Source of the DNA: Bacteroidales bacterium
GTDB lineage: Bacteria > Bacteroidota > Bacteroidia > Bacteroidales > G3-4614
DNA: 41,437 nt
Direction of reading: 5' to 3'
NCBI GenBank assembly: GCA_017416695.1
Contig: JAFQBL010000130.1
Location: 1-41,437 of the forward strand
Shown piece after piece: positions 34,435 to 41,437 of the stretch. Within the stretch, counting starts at the first letter, position 1. Each line of letters starts with the position of its first letter. Under the pieces are notes generated by a model. That model had not been told where the DNA came from. It did no database searches and saw nothing but the letters and a program-made list of their open reading frames with translations. Position numbers and translations under genes: made by a program.

Positions 34435-35872
34435 CATAAACATACTGTCTCAAATTGACAAACCTACGTTGGTTCTTTATATAATACTGGTCTTGTGGGG
34501 CTGGGTTACAATCTATGCTGCAAGTTACAACTTTGATGACACATCAATCTTCAGTATGGATAGTCGTGCTGGCAAGCAACTATTATGGATGGGACTTACA
34601 ACAATTCTGGCCTTTGGAATACTGTCAATAGATCATCGGAAATTTGAAGCCTACGCATACCCTCTATATGCTTTAACTATATTAATACTGATAATAACCA
34701 TATTTATAGCACCGAATATAAAAGGATCGCACTCGTGGATTGTTTTAGGACCTATAAGGGTTCAACCTGCCGAGTTTTCCAAGTTTACAGTTGCCCTATG
34801 CCTCGCTCGGTTTATAAGTACTTACAACTTTACACTCAAAAATTTATCAAACCTTGTTAAGGCAATATTGCTTATTATTGTTCCTGCATTGATAATTATA
34901 CTTCAAAGAGAGACTGGCTCGGCTCTTGTATATTTAGCATTTACGTTAGTTCTTTTCAGAGAGGGAATGTCTGGCTTAATTCTTCTGACAGGCGTTGGTT
35001 CTATTACATATTTTATACTTGCACTTAAGTATGCCGAAACATTTTGGGGTATAACTTGTGTTGGAGATTTATTGGTATTAACTCTTATACTAAGTGTGTT
35101 GGTAATGATGACAACATCAAGATATAAGAGACGTGGAGTATTTAAGATTATGCTTATAATATGCTCTTCAATTGCATTGATTAGTGGAATTATAAACATA
35201 TTTACTCCGGTAAATTGGGTATATACTTTGTATGCCATGATTTTGTCAATATCGATATACACCTTTATTTTATCAGTTAAGTCAAACACAATTAAACTAC
35301 TTTTACCTATAGGTATTGCCGCTGCATCAATACTCTTTATGCTATCGGTAAACTATATGTTTAACAATGTATTGGAACCTCACCAACAATCAAGAATAAA
35401 GGTATCGTTTGGCATGGAAGATGATCCGCGAGGAGTAGGCTATAATGTAAACCAATCTAAAATAGCAATTGGTTCGGGTGGATTCTTTGGAAAAGGATAC
35501 CTGGCGGGAACTCAAACAAAACTTAAATACGTCCCCGAACAAGATACCGACTTTATATTCTGCACCGTTGGAGAAGAGTTTGGATTTGTTGGCTCGACCT
35601 TCCTTATTCTTTTATACGTTTCATTAGTACTAAGGATAATTACATTGGCAGAACGACAACGCGATGCCTTTGCTAGAGTTTACGGTTATTGTGTTGCATC
35701 TATATTTATATTCCATATAGTAATTAATCTTGGAATGGTTTTGGGTATATCACCTGTAATTGGAATACCCCTACCCTTCTTTTCATACGGAGGTTCTTCG
35801 TTATGGTCATTTACTATTCTGCTATTTATTCTATTACGTATTGATGCCTCTCGCACCGAAAGGGGATATTAA
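34415..35872 (+). CDS. rodA: SEDS-family peptidoglycan polymerase RodA
   Basis: 485-aa polytopic ORF with RVQPAEFSKF, GSGGFFGKGY, PEQDTDFIF and PFFSYGGSS. The GTG start at 34415 overlaps the end of mrdA by 20 nt. There is no in-frame ATG before the first TM helix. Confidence 0.88.
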   Translation: MASRNTNINILSQIDKPTLVLYIILVLWGWVTIYAASYNFDDTSIFSMDSRAGKQLLWMGLTTILAFGILSIDHRKFEAYAYPLYALTILILIITIFIAPNIKGSHSWIVLGPIRVQPAEFSKFTVALCLARFISTYNFTLKNLSNLVKAILLIIVPALIIILQRETGSALVYLAFTLVLFREGMSGLILLTGVGSITYFILALKYAETFWGITCVGDLLVLTLILSVLVMMTTSRYKRRGVFKIMLIICSSIALISGIINIFTPVNWVYTLYAMILSISIYTFILSVKSNTIKLLLPIGIAAASILFMLSVNYMFNNVLEPHQQSRIKVSFGMEDDPRGVGYNVNQSKIAIGSGGFFGKGYLAGTQTKLKYVPEQDTDFIFCTVGEEFGFVGSTFLILLYVSLVLRIITLAERQRDAFARVYGYCVASIFIFHIVINLGMVLGISPVIGIPLPFFSYGGSSLWSFTILLFILLRIDASRTERGY

Positions 35873-36004
35873 ATGAACATATTTAAATTCTAATAAAAAA
35901 TATATTCAATTTTATAATTGACTGTTTATTAATAAGATAGAAATAGAGTAAAAAATATTTTTAAAAAAGTCATATAAAAATATTGTCAATTAAAAAAAAT
36001 GTAG

Positions 36005-36012
36005 TACTTTTG
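36005..36012 (+). promoter_or_regulatory. Bacteroidota -7 promoter box (TACTTTTG) for tRNA-Arg
   Basis: TAnnTTTG ends 12 nt before the mature tRNA 5' end and follows a very AT-rich upstream region. Confidence 0.5.
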
Positions 36013-36024
36013 CATTCGGAAAAC

Positions 36025-36098
36025 GGTTCCATAGCTTAATTGAATAGAGCATCTGACTACGGATCAGAAGGTTGCAGGTTTGAATCCTGCTGGAATCA
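36025..36098 (+). tRNA. tRNA-Arg (anticodon ACG)
   Basis: Manual cloverleaf. Acceptor GGTTCCA/TGGAATC (G2:U71 wobble). D-arm GCTT-AATTGAATA-GAGC. Anticodon arm TCTGA-CTACGGA-TCAGA. Variable loop AGGTT. T-arm GCAGG-TTTGAAT-CCTGC. Discriminator A. No CCA is encoded. Confidence 0.85.
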
Positions 36099-36100
36099 CA

Positions 36101-36128
36101 AAGACTGTACTTAGGTACAGTCTTTTTT
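36101..36128 (+). terminator. rho-independent terminator directly after tRNA-Arg
   Basis: AAGACTGTAC (36101-36110) pairs perfectly with GTACAGTCTT (36115-36124), with loop TTAG, followed by TTTT. Confidence 0.75.
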
Positions 36129-36174
36129 AAGGGAAACCTTAATAGTGGCAAGAAGGAAACTTCTCCACTAAAAT

Positions 36175-36247
36175 GCGGGAATAGCTCAGTTGATAGAGCA
36201 TCAGCCTTCCAAGCTGAGGGTCGCGGGTTTGAGCCCCGTTTCCCGCT
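36175..36247 (+). tRNA. tRNA-Gly (anticodon TCC)
   Basis: Manual cloverleaf. Acceptor GCGGGAA/TTCCCGC. D-arm GCTC-AGTTGATA-GAGC. Anticodon arm TCAGC-CTTCCAA-GCTGA. Variable loop GGGTC. T-arm GCGGG-TTTGAGC-CCCGT. Discriminator T. No CCA is encoded. Confidence 0.85.
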
Positions 36248-36353
36248 CTAACATCCAAAACAAGAGAGGACTTAGCGATAAAACGCAACACTCTCTCAAG
36301 GTTTGCAAAACACTACAAACCTCTATGTTTAGGATGACAATATATATTCGTCA

Positions 36354-36418
36354 AGAAGTTGAATTGTCAAGAATAAGACTCATAAGAGTATTATGACAAT
36401 TTCAAGCTTCTTTTTTTT
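36354..36418 (+). terminator. terminator-like long hairpin plus T-run, 107 nt downstream of tRNA-Gly
   Basis: AGAAGTTGAATTGTCA (36354-36369) pairs with TGACAATTTCAAGCTTCT (36394-36411): 16 bp with two 1-nt bulges. T7 follows (36412-36418). Confidence 0.5.
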
Positions 36419-36642
36419 ATTTTCAATTTTATATTCACAACTATATATAGCAACTCTATTTTGAGCAGGTTATTACAAATACCCAACAGAGAGGCAATAT
36501 TACTCTACCCTTATATTATATATCTTCACAGTCATCTTTCTTACGAACATATATAGTTATAATAGTTTACCAATTGATATTTTAATACAAAAGAATATTA
36601 TTTGTTTTAATGGACTATACATCTGTACTACTATAAGAAAAT

Positions 36643-36684
36643 AAAGAGGCTACGTCAAAATATAAATTTTAGCACAGCCTCTTT
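36643..36684 (-). terminator. possible terminator of galE (minus strand)
   Basis: AAAGAGGCT (36643-36651) pairs with AGCCTCTTT (36676-36684) around a 24-nt loop. A T-rich tract follows on the minus strand. Confidence 0.4.
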
Positions 36685-36798
36685 AGATTTGAAATATTTG
36701 ATGTTGCTCTCGCAACTTTATCAGAGTTTAATATTGATAACAATACTAAGGTTGTCAATTATGACACACCGTCACTCTTTTTTTTATAATGTTATTAT

Positions 36799-37836
36799 TT
36801 ACATAATACCATCTCTACGAAGTTTCTCTTGCCATTTCCAAGCCGATGCAAGAGTATCTTCCAAGTTCTCTTTAGCAACCCAACCAAGAACATTGTTTGC
36901 ACGATCAGGGTTAGCCCAAACTTTTTCAATATCACCTTCTCTGCGACCTACAATCTTGTAGTTGAGTTTAACTCCTGTTGCTGCCTCAAATGCGTTGATA
37001 AGTTCAAGAACAGAAACACCACGACCTGTACCAAGATTAAATATCTCAACTTTCTCCTCTGATTTGTTAGTTAACATTCTGTCAACTGCTATAACGTGTG
37101 CCTTTGCAAGGTCAACAACATTAATATAGTCGCGGATACATGATCCGTCGGGAGTATCATAGTCATCACCAAATACGCTCAACTCTTTGCGAATTCCCAT
37201 TGCTGTTTGAGTAACAAATGGCACAAGGTTTTGAGGCACACCATTAGGTAACTCTCCAATCTCTGCAGTTGGGTGAGCACCTATAGGGTTAAAGTAACGA
37301 AGGATAATGGCTTTGTAAGGAACTCCTGAGTAGATTGCATCGCGAATAATCTCCTCGTTTATTTGTTTTGTATTTCCATAAGGTGAAAGTGCGGGTTTGA
37401 TAGGTGCTGTTTCATCAACAGGAAGGATATCTGGTTGTCCGTAAACTGTACATGAAGATGAGAATACAATACCCTCTACACCATACTCTGGCATCAATTC
37501 CATTAGAGTCATCAAAGAGTCTAAGTTATTACGATAGTACATCAAAGGTTTTTGTACACTCTCACCAACAGCCTTACTTGCTGCAAAGTGAATAATACCT
37601 TTAATTCCTTTATTGTTCTCAAAAACATCTTTCATCGCAACCTTATCGTTGCAATCAACTTGATAAAATGCTGGGCGAGTACCTGTGATACGCTCAATGC
37701 CATCTATCATATCGGCATTTGAGTTTGATAGATTATCAACAATAACAACCTCATAACCTGCATTTTGCAATTCAACTGTGGTATGTGAGCCAATATATCC
37801 AGCACCACCTGTTACCAAAATTTTCCCTTTGCTCAT
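36799..37836 (-). CDS. galE: UDP-glucose 4-epimerase
   Basis: 345-aa ORF with the Rossmann motif VTGGAGYIGSH, the catalytic SPYGNTK (YxxxK) and DGSCIRDYI. Confidence 0.9.
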   Translation of the reverse strand: MSKGKILVTGGAGYIGSHTTVELQNAGYEVVIVDNLSNSNADMIDGIERITGTRPAFYQVDCNDKVAMKDVFENNKGIKGIIHFAASKAVGESVQKPLMYYRNNLDSLMTLMELMPEYGVEGIVFSSSCTVYGQPDILPVDETAPIKPALSPYGNTKQINEEIIRDAIYSGVPYKAIILRYFNPIGAHPTAEIGELPNGVPQNLVPFVTQTAMGIRKELSVFGDDYDTPDGSCIRDYINVVDLAKAHVIAVDRMLTNKSEEKVEIFNLGTGRGVSVLELINAFEAATGVKLNYKIVGRREGDIEKVWANPDRANNVLGWVAKENLEDTLASAWKWQEKLRRDGIM

Positions 37837-37881
37837 ATAGTGTTTATATTTAATAAATTAATATTACATATCAGGTTTATG

Positions 37882-37889
37882 CAAAATTA
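37882..37889 (-). promoter_or_regulatory. Bacteroidota -7 promoter box (TAATTTTG on minus strand) for galE
   Basis: CAAAATTA on the plus strand, 46 nt upstream of the ATG at 37836. Confidence 0.45.
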
Positions 37890-37921
37890 AACAATCGTAT
37901 TGATTTATCAAACAAAAAATA

Positions 37922-37953
37922 AAGGTTGTTTAAAAAATAAAAAAAACAGCCTT
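37922..37953 (-). terminator. possible terminator of the efflux/YgbA-like transcription unit
   Basis: AAGGTTGTTT (37922-37931) pairs with AAACAGCCTT (37944-37953); one position is mismatched in the minus-strand RNA. A T-run (rc of AACAAAAAAT) follows on the minus strand. Confidence 0.4.
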
Positions 37954-37959
37954 ACTAAT

Positions 37960-38262
37960 TTATGTTTTGAACTCCTTAATAATATGAGAGATTGCATCAA
38001 TAGGATAGTAGAGTAACATTCTTGGCCCAGCATATCGCATTACCTCTCTTATTTTATCCCGCATATCTGATTTATAGCAATGAACTTTACACTTTTTACA
38101 ACTGCTTTTATTGTCTCCAAAAGGACAGTTATCAAGTCTTGCAAAGGCATACTCTTTTAAATTCTTGCAATTATAACATAAAACTCTATTGCCCTCCTTA
38201 TGTCGGCAATAGAGTTTTATCATTCTTTCAACTGTTCGTTTCTCTCTTTCTATTTCTGTCAT
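37960..38262 (-). CDS. Cys-rich YgbA-like protein (nitrous oxide-stimulated promoter family)
   Basis: Starts MTEIEREKRTVERMIKLYCRHKEG...CYNCKNLKEYAFARLDNCPFGDNKSSCKKCKVHCYK...MRYAGPRML. The spacing of the Cys clusters and the YAxxRLxxCPFG block match what I recall of the YgbA_NO family. I prefer the ATG at 38262 to the TTG at 38295. Confidence 0.7.
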   Translation of the reverse strand: MTEIEREKRTVERMIKLYCRHKEGNRVLCYNCKNLKEYAFARLDNCPFGDNKSSCKKCKVHCYKSDMRDKIREVMRYAGPRMLLYYPIDAISHIIKEFKT

Positions 38263-38309
38263 AAACCTCAACAAACTAAGTTTGTTATCTAACAACTGAT
38301 AACTGACAA

Positions 38310-39695
38310 CTATTTCGCTTCAATCTCCCTTCCTCCACCAAGAGCATGGTAAAGAGAAGTTATAGCATTGAGTTTTTTTAGTTGGTCTTCGGTTTTTGTA
38401 AGTTGTGCCGACAGCAACGATTGTTGAGCATCCAGGACCTCTAAATATGTTGAAGAGCCTAATGTCAATAACTCTTTTGTATATTCAACTGCGTTAGATA
38501 GTTTCTTAATTTGCAATTCCCTTTTGCTCTCTTTTTTAAGTTCTGCGTCATAAACAGCCAAAGCATCACTAACCTCTCTTCCAGCATCCAACAAAACTTG
38601 TTTAAAGTTAAGTTTTGCCTGTTCTTCTTGAGCCTTAGCAATTTTAAGTTTTGCAATATTTACCCCTTTGTTAAATATTGGTTGAGTAATGGATGCAAGA
38701 GCCGAGAGAATTAAACCTCCAGGATTGGTTATTGCTGCACCTGCAGCATTAGTCCAACCAAGACTACCGCCAATTGATAGTTGAGGATAGAACGAACTGC
38801 GTGCAATATTCGTATTATAATACATTGCTGCTAATTGATATTCTGCATTCTTAACGTCTGGTCTGTTAGAAAGCAACTCTACAGGAATACCCACTTCAAT
38901 AGGAATATCGCACTTTTGCGTGTCAATTGAGTTTCTTGCTATAGCCTTTGGAAAGTCGCCAAGAAGAGTAGCAAGAGCATTCTCTTGTTTTGTTATCTCT
39001 GCCTTCACGTCAGGAATAGCCGCAGCAATAGATGCGTGATATGCCTCATACTGGGCAACGGCTGCCTCGTTGGTCATACCTCCCTCTTTCATTGCTTTGA
39101 TAGTCTCTACACTCTCCGCCCAACTCTGTTCTGTAATTGTATATATTGCAAGTTGTTTGTCCAATGCTGTAAGAGTAAAGTAGTAATCTGCTATTGTTGC
39201 AATAAGTTGTGTTCGAACTGCCTGTTGATACTCTTTGTTTTGAAGCAAAGCAACCTGTGCTTTACGTTTAGAGTTTAGAAGTTTTCCAAAGAGGTCAATC
39301 TCCCAACTTGCACTTGCACTCGCATTATAACTCCACGATGCAGCACTACCATCAAAACTGCTTACACCTCCTTCGGGGGTAAGTGAAATTGATGGCAAAA
39401 ATGATAATCTTGCCGAAGAGAGAGCGGCTTTGGCCTCATTAACCTTCTCTATGGCAATAAGCAGGTCGGTGTTGTTTCCCAATCCATAATTAATCAGTTC
39501 CTGAAGTTTTTCATCGGGATAAATATCTGTCCAGTCCAAATTTCCTATATTGTTTGTTGTTGGGGCATTACTCATTCCCTCAGGAGTACGATATGTACTT
39601 GCTACATTAATATCTTCGGGGCGCTCATACTTTTTGTAAATATGACAACTACTCAACAGAACTGAACTTATGGCTATATATATAAATTTTTTCAT
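38310..39695 (-). CDS. RND efflux outer-membrane factor lipoprotein (TolC/NodT family)
   Basis: 461-aa ORF with lipobox VLLSSC. It has two long alpha-helical repeats with the typical L..A......A........P......G. periodicity. It follows the RND permease after a 15-nt gap. Confidence 0.85.
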   Translation of the reverse strand: MKKFIYIAISSVLLSSCHIYKKYERPEDINVASTYRTPEGMSNAPTTNNIGNLDWTDIYPDEKLQELINYGLGNNTDLLIAIEKVNEAKAALSSARLSFLPSISLTPEGGVSSFDGSAASWSYNASASASWEIDLFGKLLNSKRKAQVALLQNKEYQQAVRTQLIATIADYYFTLTALDKQLAIYTITEQSWAESVETIKAMKEGGMTNEAAVAQYEAYHASIAAAIPDVKAEITKQENALATLLGDFPKAIARNSIDTQKCDIPIEVGIPVELLSNRPDVKNAEYQLAAMYYNTNIARSSFYPQLSIGGSLGWTNAAGAAITNPGGLILSALASITQPIFNKGVNIAKLKIAKAQEEQAKLNFKQVLLDAGREVSDALAVYDAELKKESKRELQIKKLSNAVEYTKELLTLGSSTYLEVLDAQQSLLSAQLTKTEDQLKKLNAITSLYHALGGGREIEAK

Positions 39696-39710
39696 CCTTT
39701 TTATAACTAA

Positions 39711-41437
39711 TTATTTAACCTCTGCTACACTATTTTTAAATTCAATAGGCTTAAACCTCTCTTGTAACTTCTCAAACACAATGAATAGTGCTGGAACAAC
39801 CAATACCTGACACACCATACCAATAAGCATACCTCCAATTGCACCCGAGCCTAAAGCACTATTTCCATTTGCTCCAACTCCTGATGCAAACATCATAGGA
39901 AGCAAACCTATAATCATTGCCAACGAGGTCATTAAGATAGGACGTAATCGGGCAACGGCAGCATCAATTGCCGACTCTACAATACCCATTCCATTTTGTC
40001 GGCGTTCAAGAGCGAACTCTGTTATAAGTATTGAGTTCTTTGCCAACAAACCTATAAGCATAATAAGGGCAATTTGTAAATATATATTGTTATCGATACC
40101 CATTATCCATGCAAAAACAAATGTACCCGCAAGACCAAAAGGAATTGAAAGAATTACTACCAATGGAAGTATATAACTTTCGTATTGGGCACTTAATAAC
40201 AGATATACAAATATTATACATATCGCAAGAATAACACCAAGACCTCCACTCTGGCTCTGCTCTTCGCGAGTCATACCTGAATATTCGTAGGCGTAACCTT
40301 GAGGAAGATACTCTTTAGCAGTCTCTTCAATAGCCTTGATTGCCTCTCCCGAACTATAACCTGGAGCAGGACTACCATTAACAAGAATTGAAGTAAACAG
40401 GTTAAAGCGTTTTATATTATCTGGTCCATAAACCCTCTTCAAATCCATAAATTGAGTAATAGGAGTCATCTCATCGCCATTCTTAATCTTAATACCATTA
40501 AGGGCATCTTTGTCAATTCTCAACTCTGGACGAGCCTGAACCATAACTCTGTAAAGTTTTCCAAACCTATTAAAATTAGAGGCATACAAACCACCCATAT
40601 AGCCTTGAAGTGCATTCAAAACATCAGACGGTGCCAAACCTGCTTGTTTACATTTTGCAGCATCAACTTCAACAATATATTGTGGGTATGTTGGATTGAA
40701 ACTTGTTTGTGCGGCAGCAATTTCAGGGCGTTGGTTAAGTTTTGCCAAGAACTCTTGCGAGACTTCATAGAATGATTCAATGGTGCCTCCTGTCTTATCC
40801 TGGAGGTTAAACTCAAAACCATTTGATATACTATATCCTGTAATCATAGGCATTGAGAAGGTCATCACCCTGCCATCCTTAATAAGTTCTCTTGCCTGAG
40901 CAGCGATAGTTGCATTAATAGCATCGGCACTCTGCGTCTCATCACGTTCCTCCCAGTCGTGAAGTTTGCAGATGAACGAGCCATACGAACTACCAGTTGC
41001 CGAACTCAATAAACTGAATCCTGAAATAGCAGTGTATGTTCTGATAGCAGGATTTGACTCAACAAGTTTTTGAATTTTATCCATACTCTCTTTTGTCTTG
41101 TCGAGCGAAGTTCCAGGAGGCATATCAAGAGTAACAAATATTGTACCTGTATCCTCGTTAGGAACTAATCCTGTGGGTGTTGTTGCCATTAAGAACACCA
41201 ACAAGGCACAACCTGCTACAACTGAGCCAAATGCCAATATCTTATGTTTGATAAAGAAAGATACTCCTTTTGTATATTTCTTTAATGTTGCATCGTATGC
41301 CGCATTGAAAGCAATGTGAAAACGTTGAATATACGTTTTTTTCTGCTCGCCCTCTTTGTGTGCATGAGGTTTCAAAAACATAGCACATAGGGCTGGAGAT
41401 AGGGTAAGTGCATTAATTGCCGAAAAAGCAATAGCAA
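39711..41437 (-). CDS. RND multidrug efflux permease (AcrB/HAE1 family), C-terminal about 575 aa; gene continues past the right window edge
   Basis: The reading frame stays open upstream of the ORF-track Met. Hand translation of 41435-41382 gives AIAFSAINALTLSPALCA, which leads into MFLKPH... (the TM6 region of AcrB-type pumps). Downstream come a porter domain and the second TM bundle (LLAKNSILITEFA, RLRPILMTSLA). Confidence 0.9.
   Translation of the reverse strand, partial: AIAFSAINALTLSPALCAMFLKPHAHKEGEQKKTYIQRFHIAFNAAYDATLKKYTKGVSFFIKHKILAFGSVVAGCALLVFLMATTPTGLVPNEDTGTIFVTLDMPPGTSLDKTKESMDKIQKLVESNPAIRTYTAISGFSLLSSATGSSYGSFICKLHDWEERDETQSADAINATIAAQARELIKDGRVMTFSMPMITGYSISNGFEFNLQDKTGGTIESFYEVSQEFLAKLNQRPEIAAAQTSFNPTYPQYIVEVDAAKCKQAGLAPSDVLNALQGYMGGLYASNFNRFGKLYRVMVQARPELRIDKDALNGIKIKNGDEMTPITQFMDLKRVYGPDNIKRFNLFTSILVNGSPAPGYSSGEAIKAIEETAKEYLPQGYAYEYSGMTREEQSQSGGLGVILAICIIFVYLLLSAQYESYILPLVVILSIPFGLAGTFVFAWIMGIDNNIYLQIALIMLIGLLAKNSILITEFALERRQNGMGIVESAIDAAVARLRPILMTSLAMIIGLLPMMFASGVGANGNSALGSGAIGGMLIGMVCQVLVVPALFIVFEKLQERFKPIEFKNSVAEVK

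Noticed and set aside
34903-35289. 128-aa minus-strand ORF inside rodA
   Set aside because: It is antisense to a polytopic SEDS protein. Hydrophobic genes commonly give long antisense frames in AT-rich genomes.
36190-36396. 68-aa plus-strand ORF
   Set aside because: Its first third is the tRNA-Gly(TCC) gene itself (36175-36247). The remainder runs through the structured trailer. It is not coding.
36689-36961. 90-aa plus-strand ORF overlapping the 3' end of galE
   Set aside because: It starts in non-coding DNA with a non-ATG start and runs antisense into galE. It has no motif support.
1-41437. Search for CRISPR arrays, IS elements, integrases, prophage genes, restriction-modification, toxin-antitoxin or other defence modules
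   Set aside because: None was found. There are no repeat-spacer periodicity, no transposase, integrase or recombinase motifs, and no nuclease, helicase or methylase ORFs. All ORFs over 100 aa that are not shadow frames are accounted for by the annotated genes.

Overview
The window looks like a low-GC chromosomal segment from a member of the Bacteroidales (Bacteroidota). Three things support this. TAnnTTTG -7 promoter boxes sit in front of most transcription units. Two proteins end in type IX secretion (T9SS) C-terminal sorting domains. The gene content is typical of the order.

Most of the window is housekeeping:
- Cofactor and nucleotide synthesis: folK, ribE, purM-like, purH, prs.
- Amino acid metabolism: serB, metA.
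- Other core functions: rsmI and galE.
- Cell shape: a purH-mreB-mreC-mreD-mrdA-rodA cluster.
- Accessory envelope and metabolic functions: a GH13 amylase-family enzyme, a U32 peptidase, an MltF-like lytic transglycosylase and a patatin/Omp85-type protein.
- RNA genes: two tRNA genes, Arg-ACG and Gly-TCC.
- Efflux: the 3' part of an RND efflux operon (permease, then outer-membrane factor, then a Cys-rich YgbA-like protein).

The one clearly accessory stretch is about 8.3-14.4 kb. It is bracketed by strong hairpin terminators and carries two small secreted proteins and a 1437-aa T9SS-exported M60-like zinc metalloprotease with three tandem N-terminal lectin-like modules.

I found no CRISPR array, transposase, integrase, restriction, toxin-antitoxin or other recognisable defence or mobile module. 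I cannot point to a convincing novel multi-gene system.

The observations most worth a second look are:
- a roughly 175-nt rod-like structured element in the divergent intergenic region upstream of the M60 gene (9696-9868);
- a compensated A19:U56 elbow pair in both tRNAs;
- a duplicated promoter and palindrome module at 20.36-20.58 kb;
- the untranslated 550-bp stretch downstream of tRNA-Gly;
- the architecture of the M60-like protease.

All functional calls come from motif recognition by eye in the supplied translations. No database search was run.
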